A program made the position numbers and the translations under genes. From assembly GCA_044892525.1 (NCBI GenBank), contig CM097888.1, forward strand, positions 19,096,001-19,160,000: a stretch of DNA of 64,000 bases, in the 5' to 3' direction. The notes beneath the pieces are model-generated. The model did not search any database. It was not told where the DNA came from and worked only from the letters and a program-made list of their open reading frames with translations. The DNA comes from Schmidtea polychroa (lineage: Eukaryota). Of this stretch, positions 12,101 to 26,700 are shown piece by piece (position 1 is the stretch's first letter; the number at the start of each line of letters is the position of its first letter).

Positions 12101-15100
12101 TCATACGCCAAAATCTCGGTGGCATCTATTTATTTTTGTGACTATGGAAAAAAGCCTAATTTAAACAAACACAAATAAGAGGAACTTTCAGAAAGAGAAC
12201 TTACATGATTACATTAATAAAGTACGAAGTGTTTTGCTAAGCCAAGCAGTATTGGGAATCGTAAAGTGATAGAGAAATTTATAATTAATAAGAAAGCAGT
12301 ACCAACTAATTTGAAATAAAATTTCATTGAATATATTTCTTTCGAAATGCACTGAATATTGTTGTTTTAATTAATGAACATATATTTTATTTATGTTTTA
12401 TTTGTTTTAATTTTATATTAATTTTGTTATTTTTCTGATGCTTTTCTAATAGATAAACTATCATTGTTTTATAACTAAATTGACTTATTTTATTATATAA
12501 CTCTATTGTTGAATTCCAAAATTTTAATCTGTTCCAACATTACTCATTTTAATATAATTTAAATAAAGAAATTCAAACCTGCCGTCACTGTAAAATGCGT
12601 ATATTGAAAATTTGGAAACGTTTTGTTAACTGAAATATATCATAAATTAAAAAATAAAGAAATAATAAAATCACTGATTTCTAATTCGGCTGCCAATTTC
12701 ATATCAACAGTTGATAGAGTCGTTATTTTGACTTCATTAATATCTAATGGATCTTTAGTAACGGGATTTTGATCTACTGAAAAAGCACATATCCCACCAA
12801 AACGATTTTCCAAAACTGTTATATTAACCATGAAAAAGTAACTGAAACTTCTAAACAACAACTCTTGATCTAATAAATCAAGTTTTGGATTGTTGCAAAA
12901 TGTTGTTATTGAAAATTCGTTATAAAAAAACCAATCAAAAATCAACAAGNNNNNNNNNNNNNNNNNNNNNNNNNNNNNNNNNNNNNNNNNNNNNNNNNNN
13001 NNNNNNNNNNNNNNNNNNNNNNNNNNNNNNNNNNNNNNNNNNNNNNNNNNNNNNNNNNNNNNNNNNNNNNNNNNNNNNNTGAAGTAATTATTAAAAATAA
13101 TTAAGTTTTCATATAACATTTATTTTTTACATATTATTAAAATAAAAATAATTCAATTTAATAATTAACATTAAATTTAAATGAGAAATTAAGTAAAAAA
13201 TTCTACCATTTTCAAAGTTATATTATTTTGGAAAATTTTCTGTATTTTAAAATATTATTTTTTATGAATATGTTTTTTGAAATGCTTACAATAAACGATA
13301 AAATAGTATTTTAATATAAATAATAGTTAAGTTCATTATTGTTATGACCACTTTCAAGTCCTCAACATATTTAAAAGATTTTCATTAGAAAATTACTAAA
13401 CGTTGAGCATTTTTGATTAACATTTAAAAATTTGTATTTCTTATTGATGTAATTTATATGGAGGTCTTGATGTATTTAAAGTTTCTCATATAGTTGTATG
13501 ATTTTTGCATTTAATAGTGTTAATATTTCATTTAATAATACTAATTTTTCAATTGATAATGTTTTCTTTCATTTAATTTCATATATTATTTATTTATAAT
13601 TTATAGTTTGGATAAATTATAATACAAAATGACTGCAATGAAAGTATAAATTATCATGAAAAGAGGAATAAAGACATTATTTATTGTAGCATCTTATTTA
13701 TGGCTGTAAAGTTTAAAAAAATCATAACTTTCAAAATGTCTATTATTAAAATACTGAATTTTCAAAATCTTTTAAAAATTGTTTATATTTTTAAAAAATT
13801 ACTATATAATTTATTTAATAATTAATTAACTTATCAGAAAGAAATACTATAGTACAATAAATGGTTTCATTATTCATCCTCGTTTGACCATTTATACTTT
13901 TATTGCAGTCATTTTGTATCAAAATTCATCTAAACTATAATTATAAAATTATAAGAACTTTTTTTTCCAATTTCACCACTGATTTTCTTTTCCATTGGTA
14001 TTATTAAAAAGAGCTTGAAGACTATAAATCAGTAAATATATCAAAAACATCGATATATTTACTGATTCATAGTCTTCAGGCTCTTTTTAATATAATTATA
14101 AATAAATTATATATGAAATTAAATGATAAAACATCATTAATTGAAAAATTAATTTTAATAAATGAAATATTAAAAGTCACAATAGTAAATGAAAACCCCT
14201 AGATTGTAAATGAAAATTATTTAATCAAATATCCAATAAATAATTCGTATCTAAAAATTACAATATATTTAAACAAATAACCAAATTAATCTTTATAAAT
14301 TTAGTTAATTTATTCCGAAATTGCTGAATATTTTTCTTTGATAGATTTATTACATTATTTTTGCAATATCACATTTTTTAGTTCTAATAATCCTACACTG
14401 AGTAAACACGAGAAAACGAAGATAAATATATTTATTTATAAATAGTAATTAAATAAAATTTAATATTTATTTCGGAACAATGATTGCAATTTTGAGTTAA
14501 TCTAACGGAGTTCTTATTCAGGATTATGGATGAATTCTAATGCATTTTTTCGATTATTTAAATCTGAATCAATTAAATGTTAATTTTCAATTAATTTTTC
14601 GTATTCAAAATCGAAATAAGACATCATTGAAGCATATTGAACAAATACTTATGGGGATGAGAGAATTACTAATAACATTATCCTATTTGTTGTAGAGATT
14701 AACGTTTATTCCTGTTGAATTTACAGATATACTTAGGCTAGAATTATGTTTGTTAATTATACGACTTTTGTTCGAGGAAATAGGTCCTTTATTTACTTTA
14801 AAAAGGTAATTTCTTTTATTATTGATCTATCGATATGATTGTTTTAATAATGTGATAGCACTAAAAGAAAATAAAAAGAAAGTAAAGATTTAATTTCCAG
14901 AAACGATATCGAAATGAAATAATTTCTTTTTCTGGAGAGGAAAGGAAGTGTGATACAAGTAATTGAATTCATTAATTGCATCTCATTCAATCTCCAATTT
15001 CTGAACTGACATATCTCTTTCTGTCAATAACAATGAAGTAATTTGATTACGAAACGAATCTATAGCTGTGATAATTCATAAATTTGTAATGAAATACAAA

Positions 15101-18100
15101 TCGAAGAAAACAATCTGCATTTTTAACACGGTTGAATAATTCTGAAAATTGGACGAGTACATAAATTAGTGACAGTTTTGAGATTGTCAATTATTAAATT
15201 ACCTAAAATAATTCTTGTTAAAAAATCTTTTTGTTCTTTTTTTGTTTCTAAACAGACTCATAAGAAAAATAGCATAAATGTCATTAACAAATATAATATA
15301 AAAGTTAAAATTTAAAATATATTCTAATGCCTTTTGGAAAGATTTACAAAAATCAGACACAAATGTGTCATGAAAAAGTTGATGTAACATAGACATACCG
15401 AATCTGTCCTTGTTACTTAATTTACCAAAATAAAAGATTTTTAAATTTTACCATAACTGTTATTTTAAACAGACAATAATGTATGAAAATTAATTTTTTT
15501 ATCAAAAAACATTTCTAAATTTATGCGATTGTTGATTGCAATATTTCCACAATACATTTGTTTAAAAGAAGACTTAAAATATATTATTTTAAAATTTGAT
15601 AAATTATTTTCTAAAATGCCAAAGACATTATCGAATGTGTAAACTATGTTGTTTTTTACATTTTCACATCCTTAATAATGCTTTAATTTAAAACATTTAA
15701 AAATTAAACATGATAATAAAATAATAATAATAAAAATAATATACTTTCCTAAAATTGTATAATATAATATTTAATGAATCGTTTTTTAAATAAAACCTTT
15801 TCAAAGATTTATTATTTTTTAATTTTTGTAAAATTCATTTTAAAATTTTATTTAAAAACAATTTTAAACATTGCGCCTATTTACACTACTTAATTTTTGC
15901 TGTCGGATAAAATTTTCATAACAACTATTCTTTGGAATATTGCAAATTAAATGGTATTTTGAATTTATATTTTAGAAATTTCATTATAAAAAACCTTTTA
16001 TTCTAATTTCCATTATATAATAAATTATTTCTTTCAATTTCCTTTATAAAATAAATACATTTTATTTATTAGAGAACTGTTAAATTTATTTGAAAGTTAT
16101 TTTAGATCAAAAACCTTTTTTTAACTAAAAGAAATGCAAATTTCAAAAACAGTTTAATTTTTAAATCCACAAAGCTAACAAAAATAAATTAAAAATTTAG
16201 CTTTAATTATAAAAATATTTAAAATATTTTTAATGAAATAATTTCAGATATATTGCTTCCCAACTGAAATTTGAAAACAATCTAAATTTAATAGTTATAT
16301 TTTCTATATATTATAGAAAATTGAAAAAAATTAAAAAAAATTTTAATTTTAATTTTTTCACTTTTCTAAAAGTTTTTATGCATATATAAAATCAATAAAA
16401 TTAGATATTGTAATAAAAGTTAATTAAAATATAAATTAATAAATAATTACTTATCAAAATAAGTCAAATATTGAAGTCAAAAGCTGTAAAAATATAAATA
16501 TTATTTACCTTGTTTCTTGTCAAAAAACAAAGGCGATATAATAGGAGTGAAAATTTGAATTTTTATTTTTGTAATTTTTAGTGATTTCACTACATAATCT
16601 TCTAAATCTTTTAAAAGTTTCCAAGTATCAGTTAAATTAAAAACTGTTTTTGAGCTCGCTTGGATTTTTTCACGAAATTTGAATACTGATCTATATAGGG
16701 GTCCTGTGGCTAGTTTTTGTCTATTGATAGCGACCACTGGAAGGGTCAGGTGAATATAAATTTTCGATTCATTCTTTATTAAAGTTAAAAGACTAGTAAA
16801 ATAAAAGAATGAAACATTCTTAAAATATTAATTCTTACTTGATTTCAATTAGCCTGCCTTCCATCGATGCAACATCAAGAATTTCTAAATTTCCAGTTTC
16901 ATTCCAGTCAAAAGGAGAATTACCTAAAATTATTTTTATTTTGTCATTCCAATCTAAGACAAGCAGTATGAAAACTTCTCAATAGTATTAATATCAGATA
17001 TCGTTTAAAAGTCTTGGTTTTGCATTTATTGTTAATCAGATTCAAAAATAGTATGAAATAGTATGAGAAGGTCTTCATTGGGAATATCTGCCCATAGTTA
17101 AGCATATTATTGTTACACGATGTAAAATAAAATAAATATAGCTTATTAATTTTGGGTCTTATTGTTCTTGTAAAAAGAATACATGGAGTCTGATTAGATT
17201 TTGAAATTTGATTCCCGATGAATCTATTTAATAGATGTATGCAACATTCATCAACATGCAAGGGACATTTTACGAATACTGATATGATATTTTTTCTTTA
17301 TTTCTTGAACCACATCGATTAGGTTGATGTTGGTGTAATTTCCAAAAACATTTTGTGAAAATCAAGCTAAAACGTAATATTAAGTTTCATACAGAAAAGG
17401 TGTCAAGATAAGCAAAACAAAATAAGCAAATAAAGAAAAGGAATAAAGAAAAGGACAAAGATATGTAATCATGTTGATTATAACTTCAACGGGAATTTCA
17501 ATAAATTTTAAAAATTTGCTAGGATTTTCTTTTAATTCAAAATTCATAAAGTAGCTTGATATAGCTTGATGTTTATTTATGAAATACACATATTTAAAAA
17601 GTTTTGAAATCCATCAAATTCTTATATTTGTGTTTACCAGATTGAACATTTCCATTGGAATTCGAAATTAGTATACTTGACACCTTAAATGTTTGTCGAC
17701 AATTGCTCCTCACTCTTTCTCGGTGAATTTCGATCAATATTATTTTCATTCAACGAGTCAATAAATGTGTTTTTTATTTTTGTATTAAACATGTAAAAAG
17801 CCTTCCCACAAATATATCTAATGTTTAGTGACGCAATAACCTAATTCAGGGCTGGGGAACCTTTTCATTTCAAAAGGCCACATTCACTTATCTGATTTAA
17901 CATAAGGCCGCAGTAAATAAAACGTTGATGTAGAATACAATGAAAGCAAAGCAGTGAATCTGGATGTGTTAATTCTTTTTTGAGATTTCCAATAAACCTT
18001 TCATATTTTCCCCTCATAGAAGGTGCACCGTCTGAACATACACTTACTAAATTTTCCAAATTTAGTCCAAATTTTTGACATTTATCTTTGAAAATAGCAC

Positions 18101-20676
18101 AGATTTTGAAATAATAAAGAAAATAGCACGGATTTTTTTATATTTAAAAAAATAGCTCAGTTTTTCTTAAAAACAAAAAAATAACCTAATTTTTCTTAAA
18201 TATCAAAAAATGGCTCAATTTTTAAAATATAAAAAGCCCCATTAAAAAAACTTGTACAGAAGAAGAAAAAGGTTTTCTTAGGTATTTTTTAAATGTTGGA
18301 AATGTGTTTATGTAAACGTTTGTTGAAGAAGACGCTGTTTAAGGTGTTATGAGTGTGAATTTGAGATAAATAATGATGCCGTTTTGTAGATAATTAAATT
18401 CTATCTATACATTTTTTGAGTGGAAATATCTCAAGTTGTTTAAAACGATGTGTAAATTCAAATATTGTGTACTAAAAATGAAATTTCAAAATTTTGATTA
18501 CATCATAGATTAATTAAATAGAGAATTTAATTTCAATTATATTGATATAGAAAGTTGTAATAAAAAATTAAAATTGGTCACGAAATCATCAATTAGAACA
18601 AAATTTAAATAATATGTAATCACTGATTAAAATAAAAATAAATTTTTATAGGTGAGGGTTGTCAAAAATAGTATGGTTGTAGAGTATGGTCATAAGTTGT
18701 TTAAATCCAGAATTTATTTAATACCAAAATTAATGATAGGACTAAAGTGGCGTAAATTATCAACTTTTAAAGGAAAATTCAGTGATTACTCAAATTAGTA
18801 AAAGGTTGTAAAAGTTTTTATTGAGATAAAAATGAAGAGAAATTAACAATGATATAATATGTCGAAATAGCACAACTGAAAGTGAAGCACATTTTTATGA
18901 AAAAAGAGTATTTTAAATGTTATTATTAGCAAATTTGTAAATCTTGTAAATCTTTTGTAATTACAATATGATTTACGTAAGTGGCTTTACTTGTTCAAAT
19001 GGAATAGTTTTCTTGAAGGATTCCTTTATTCTTTAATTTCCTGTTACTGCCATTGCAACAAGTGTGCGGTTTTGAACATCAAAAGGCGTCGCCAATCTCC
19101 TGCTGCTAAATTTTATTAAACAAAGTCCCATTTATTTGTCTAGGAAATGAACAATGTTGTTAGAACCGAGATATATTGCTTAACATATTAGTCTCTTTGC
19201 TAATTATTTAAATGTCTCCAAAAAACTAAGAACTTCACATACCACATCATCAATCTGTCAGTTTTCACTTAAAATATTATCCAAAATTTAATCCTCAAAT
19301 TGAAGATATTTAAAAAGAAGACTTAAAAGACAGCTAGAAATAATGGTTATCGAATGTAAATTTACATAGGAACTTGTAAGGAGAGAAAACTTAAAACTTT
19401 TCACAAGTTGAAGACCAATGAGCATATTTTGTATGTAAATAAATTGTCTTTTAATTTAAATGTATTTTTACAAAGTTTCCAAGACTACTCATATGTTTTG
19501 GTAATATTTTTATTTGATATTTCTCATTATTTTAATAATATTTTTCAATTTTAATAATTTAATAAAAATGCAATATTGAAAATTTGATCGGATAATTGTT
19601 TTAATTAATCAATTATAATTGTGAACAAAATGTTTTAAAGTTTTAACAAAAAAAATATTTAAATTAATTAATAATTCGAAATGATGATTTTCAATAATGT
19701 CGATTTAATTGTAAAGCAAGTTGTTTATTGATTTAAACATCTGTTTTTTAGGAAATTTTATTGATTTTCTATTGTTAAAGATGTATTGCACATGATTGAA
19801 AATGGAGTGAAAATGTTTAAACAAATAGGTAATAGGACACGTTTTTGTCAACATGAATTTTCTACAAAGTGAACCAATCAGAAACTCAAAATAAAAATAA
19901 TCATTTATTTATTTATTATTATTATAATAATAATTATTATTTTATTATTGTTATAATTATAATTATTATTATTTCTTGGTAGCAACATTAATTAAATGTT
20001 AAACAATTAAATGATAATTTAAGCCTTTTGCTGCGGTATATATTTAATAAAATGAAAGAATTTTCGACTATAAAAACAGATCTTTTCAATTTCCTGGAAT
20101 TTAGTGGCTTCAATTTTCAAATAGTTTTTGATATTCTATTTCATTTCCTTTTTCTTACTTCTCATTAGTTAAAAATAAACTGAATCAAAATAAAACTTTT
20201 TTTCTTTATTTTAATTTCTTCTAAAATTCAAAACAATACAATAAAAAAAGTTTTTATTTTTCAAGCTTCTATAATTAGTTCATAGACACATTTTTTAATA
20301 ATTAATATCATAAAATATTTATAAAAAAGGTTTCCAATAACTATTTACATACGCAATTTAAAATATTTTTAAAATATGTTTATATTTTGATTTTTATTCC
20401 TTATGATATCTAAAATTTTATTTCATTAAAATTTGATCTAGTTTTTTATATTATTTTAAAATTATTATTTTTTAAAAGAAAATATTCTCAAAGTCAATAA
20501 CAACTAATCAGACTGATAATTTCATTGATCTCTTCTTTAGTGTTGATTATCGGCTATCTGTTTATGATGAGAATCGCCTCTTGAAATTACTTTTCATTTC
20601 ATTTAATTAAATATATATTGTGCAGCAAAAAGCTTAAATTATCATTTAATTGTTTAAAATTATAATTATAATAATA

Positions 20677-20708
<32 letters not shown>

Positions 20709-23700
20709 TTACCTGTAGCCTTTATAATCAATACATCTTCTCGTTTTCGAACTCCAAATCTGTTAAACCACGCTAAGGGTACAGTATGCTTAATAATATA
20801 ATCTTTATTTTGTTTTGATACGTATATTTGATGATCTTGAGGTGGCGGGGGGCTGACTGATATTGACAGGCTTTCTAAAATTTAAAAATTTTAATTTTAA
20901 TTAATTCTTTTCAAATTTCTGATTTATGAAATAAAAAATAAATTAGTGATTGATGTAGAATTTTTTTTTTATTATTTTTATTCTAAATGAAAAAAAATAT
21001 CCGTTAGCTAATCAAAATATATACATGTACTATTAGAAGATTTTGATAAATTAATGAGTGACTTAATTATTATAAAGTATCAACATAAAATTTCATATAA
21101 AATTTCTATATTTCAGCATTAGATTCGAGATTGTTATACTTGACAGCCTGTAATTTTTATTTTTGGCATATATGAAAAAGAATTTGTTTTCAAACAGGAA
21201 TAAATTTTCTAAACAGTACGTGTCAAATTTTATGCAAAATCATTTTAATAATAACTAAAATTAATATTCAATAATATTAAAAGTTCACTGAGATTATTAA
21301 TTACATTTTAATGAAAAGTCAAAGTGTCATTATGTTTTCATTTAAATTTCCAGAACTTGTGGATACCATATTTAAATATCGTATTAATGAAAAGAATAAT
21401 GAGGGAAGAATTGATATTTTATTATGTATGTATGATTTTAAAATATTATTAAAAAATTTCGATAATTATTGGGAACGTGTAATTTGTGAGGCGTTATTGT
21501 CATTATATCCGAATAAAGTCATTATCCGATAAAGTCATTATATCCAAAAGTTAATGTGCAGAATGCATTGAATACTTGTGTTTTAAATGTTTTTAAATAA
21601 TTTTTTGTATATTGTATGTATTGATTGTTGTTTATTTTTTTTAAAAATTATTAAATTAAATTATAAATATTAAAAATATTTTTTTAAAAATCATATTTAA
21701 TTTTAATTATGATTTTTAAAAAATGAAATGTTTTTCTTAAATAATAGAAGTTTTTTATATAATTAATAAAATTAATAAATTTGTTTAAAATCCTTAAATT
21801 ATATAGTTATTATATCCCACCTGATGATGACAGGAAAACTGTCGAAATATATCGTGAAAAAATGGCTTCATTGGGGTTTTCTTATAATTCAATTATTTGT
21901 TTATTTGTTTTACAAGATAGATTCATTATAAAAACTTGAATGAAAGTTAAAATTCATTAAAAATAAAGTTTGATCTATTAAGAATAATTTATTATAAAAG
22001 CACAAACAAGATTATTTAAAAAAATGAAAGAGTTTATTAATAATTGTTTCTGAGATCCAAAAACAACTAGCAATTATATATTCCTGAAAAATTACTGAAT
22101 TTATGAAAACTTATTGTATTGGATAACTAACATATTATTTCGGCCTCGGGCAACAGTAAAACCGACAATGATGAGATATAAAATAATATTCAAATATTAA
22201 TTTTCACAAAGCATTTTGTTACTCGGGATATAAAATTTTATAGAATGAATCTTGTTATTATTTTAAAATTTTTAAAATTCTATTTTATTGAAAATATCTT
22301 AACAAGCTAATAACGTTTTGAATATAAATAGTTTAACAAAAATAATAATGTTGGATTTTTTAAATTTAAAATTTCTAAATAATTAAAAGAAATAGTGAAA
22401 ATTCAAAACCAAGAAATTATCGAACGAAAATTTGAAAAACGGGTCAGATAAAAAGGAGATGATGGGAAAGATCATGTCGAGAACGGATTCATCAGAACAT
22501 GTTCCAAAACCTTCAAAAACAGAAAAATCATAAACAGAAGTAAAAAGAAGGAAAAATAAACAAAGTAGATTCTGAAAAACCATTATCATGACAACATGAG
22601 TAATGGGAAAACGAGAAAAAGATTATCATAACAAGGATGCATTTATTTTGATGGAGGAAAGATGAAAAAGGGTACGAGGCAAAGGGAGACTATCTAGTAG
22701 AAATACCATTAATCAACGCGATTATTTCAACTATATATGGGAACTAAAATTCAAAAATAATCAGCATTTTGACTCATATATGGACGAAGAAATCGACAGT
22801 AGGACTAAAAAGGAAAACTTAAAGTTAGACGATAGAATTAGTGGAAAGGAAAAAAAAGAATCAAGTTAAGTCATATTATATATATATATATATATAATTT
22901 GATCAGATTCAATATTTTTATTATATATACAACATATTCATAACATAAACATAGAAATATCGCCGTAAGGCTATTTCAGTCATAATTAAACTGAATGGTT
23001 TGTATATTTTTAGTTATTTATTTTAATAATTACCTATAATTTAATTTACGATTTTTGTTAAAACAAATTAAGTTTTGTATATTCAGTTATTATCTTATAG
23101 GAAAGTATTTAGCATGCAGTGTGAGGTTACATAATAATTATTGAAAATATTTTTGAAAAACTTCATTTCTTTAATTTTGTTTAAATAAAGTCAAATATTC
23201 ACTTGTAGCTCATACATTCTATGAAAAGATCTGAAGAGGAAAATTATGAACCAAAGTCTAACTTGATCGAATAATTAGATAATTTATTAATAATTTTATT
23301 TGATAGTATATCGAAATCCAACAGTGTAGCAAATCCTACCCAGCTAACGGGGCGTGATTACTGAAACAATGAAAATATGGTCAAAGGCAGACTCGACTCT
23401 TTCTCTTTAACTAAAATGATCACAATTATTAATTACAAAGAGATTTTTTATGAAATAATTCTAATTTATCAATTTATCAGCTACTCATTTAAGATTTAGA
23501 AGGAGAATAAAATATGTGACGATGTTTCCAGGCTGTTAATTGAGAAATAAAATCAGTTTGTTATTCGACAGAAAGAAAAATAACCCTGCAGGAATAAAAA
23601 AAAGAATATTCCTTTTTTATAGAGCTAGTAGGAAGTAATGAATTGATAAAAAACATCCACTAATATTAATGAGATGGCTCGATTTCTTGGGATTTTATGT

Positions 23701-26700
23701 CACTGACAATTTGTGATAATTTTTATTACCAATATATGGTTTTCTGAAATTAATTATTCGTTTATCGTTCCTTTTTACTTTTCTGTATTTTTATGGAGAT
23801 TAATTTTATAAGTCTACATCAAATTTTAGGCAATGATTCAAGCTTGAAATTCAAATTAATTTTTTATATTTTTGGAAATAAACTTTTGATATTTAATATT
23901 TTTAAAAATATGCATTTTAAGAAATGTTTTTTTTATTCTTATCTTTGTTTAAATTCAGTAAAATTATATATTAAAGTTAAATTTTTTATGAATAAACTAT
24001 TATACAGCAATTACTTGTTTCATTTATTTTATTAAGTGGATATTAATTAATTTATATTTATTGTAGTTTTTTATAATTTATAATTAATTTAATTTTTATA
24101 TTTATAATTATTTGGTCTTTAATTTCAGACCATTAATACCGAACAAAATTAAAAGAAAAGAAATTGTGGACTTAATAAAACTAAGTCAAGGAATCTTTAT
24201 GTCAAATTTAATTTGATATAAATATCCCCTTTAATAATATTATTAACTTATTAATGTAAAAATTATTCTAACCAATAATATTTTAAAATTTATTTTTCTT
24301 CTTTTATATCTTTAATTATAATTTAAATCTTTTCGATTTATATTTTTATTTTATCATTTTGAAAATTAAAATAATATTAATTTTGAATTAATTAATTACT
24401 TCTTTACATCAATTAAAATTCTACTCATAGTTATCAATTAAGAAATATTTCACAAAAGAACACTTTGAAAATAAATAATTATTATGTAAATTATGATGAT
24501 TTGGGGGCTAATTATTTAACTGTTTTTTAACACGTGTATATTTTGAAAAATTATTTGATGAATATTACGTATTTACTTGCAATAACCCGCAATAACGCAG
24601 TAACACCTTTTGGAAATGATTTTAAGGTAGAGATATTTTTTTTATAATTTAAAAATCTAGTTGAAAGAAGTGCTTAGATTTTAAAAAATAATAATTTATT
24701 TCAATCTATAAGTTCGTTAATTATGTCTTTTAAATCTGTACGATTATTAAATATTCCCAGATAAACGCTATTTTTAAGAAACACTTAAGTTTTCGCTATT
24801 TCTGAAATGGGTTAATGCAACGTAGAGTTGACCATGGCCAAAACCTGATTCAGACTGGAAGACAACCACACTCATTCAGAATAGTAAAGTACTCTCAGTA
24901 GGCTCAAGATATATGTGAAGAATACATACTTTTTCACCCTCATTTGGTAATCTCCAATGTTAAAAAATTCCGATAAAGATTTTTCACGACTTATCAAGCG
25001 CCATTTTGAAGTTTCTTTATTGGATAAAGATTTCTAAGTAACATAATAAATGAACCAATGTTTACTTTTAATAGATGTGGTAAAGTTCCAGATGAACTGA
25101 TATCATAAAGTCAATACTCATATAAGTTGTTACGTCTCCTGATACACCCAATTCCGAAATTTAATAACCTCTATAATTCACGTTGGTGTGCACACCAGTT
25201 GAGGTGAGTCACCATTTACGTGAAAATGAAGTTATTCAATTTCATTTACATTTCATTTACATGTATTCAATTTATTAAAAATGGTTTTCAGGTAATTTTT
25301 TTAATTTCAAGTAACTTTTAAGACTTGAATTTTGATTTTATATAAATATAAGATCATTATTCAAGTTCTTAAATATTACTGTTAGTCAGCATTTATAATA
25401 TAACATTAATAATTAAATTTCAGGTGTTTTTTAGGAATTATATGATATTTTATGCTTTTATCTGGAATTATTTCGTTAAAATGTAGGTTAGATATATTTT
25501 TAACTAAATAAATAAACTAATCACCGAATACATTAATTTTTTTAATGCAATCTTCCAAATTCTTGGTAATTGTCCCCCTTTTCAAAGGCATTAATAAGCC
25601 GTATTTTGTTATTTTCTGTATATCTATGAAAATATTAATTTATTAAAATAATTTATTTAAATTTACGATTTGCGAATTTCTTTCTGTAAATCAAAAGATC
25701 TCGAAGGACCTTCAATATTTTAATGTTTTGTAATTTAATGAATAAAACTTACATTGTATTTTCTTCTTTTTCTCTAAAGCTCAAGGTAGAGCTTAAATTA
25801 AAAGTATTTTTTTGCATTTTTTAATAATTTAAAAAATAATTATATTTTAACAATATGTTAACAGTTATTTATTTCGGAACAAAAACCTATATAAGAATTT
25901 TGCATGCATTTTTCATTATGTCTTTCGTGTTGGTGTGTTCAGTTATTTTTCTCTCACCTTCACAAAACCTATAATAAAGTTACTAAATTTCGGAACAATA
26001 AATTTCTACACACAGGTAAGTTTGTGTGTTCCTATAATATATATTTATTGATTTTTTTTAGATTATAGAAGTTATTAAATTTCGGAATTAGGTGTATTAT
26101 CTCCTAACAGTTCATAATTAATTGCAGTTACATCAATGTTTTTCGGTGTCAATATGACTTTATTTGCAACATCTGGGATTTCATCAGGAATGCTTGTGCG
26201 CATATCTGTGCCAAATCTTAAAGAATAAAAACTTAAAGTCTACAAAATTTATTTTCAATATATTATTTCACTTCACATGAAAATAAACTGAACACTGAGG
26301 TATACTCGCCGCTAAGTTGTGTTAATATTAGTACAGTTTAATAATGTGTAAAACAAACAGACATACAAACAAACATACATACAGGTAAACAGATGTTCTT
26401 AGATAATGATATATAGTAATTTCATAAAAATAAATTTAAAAATATTTACATTATAGTAAATACACTTACGACATATATAACCACCAAATGCATTATAAGC
26501 ACATATTTTAAGAAGGGTTTCTCCAATATCTGTTAATTTTGGATTGATTCTAATATTCTGGTCATTTTGGTTATACGATATCCATTTCGTTGGATCGTTG
26601 CTTACAATTTTGTCTTCAATAGAGAAAACTTTAATTTTAAGTAAAGATTTAAACTCTTTGTCAAAAAAAGTATTTTCCGGTATGACATAATTCATAATTT

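Noticed and set aside
15199-15650. Open minus-strand frames (FKIIYFKSSFKQMYC; ORF 15199-15396) as dystroglycan exons
   Set aside because: The exon at 12675-12949 already supplies the expected SEA half in the right phase; splice sites here are weak
22950-22985. GCC-GTAA-GGC hairpin resembling a minus-strand hammerhead
   Set aside because: The core deviates (CUGAAAUA, GAUA) from CUGANGA/GAAA and helices I and III are missing
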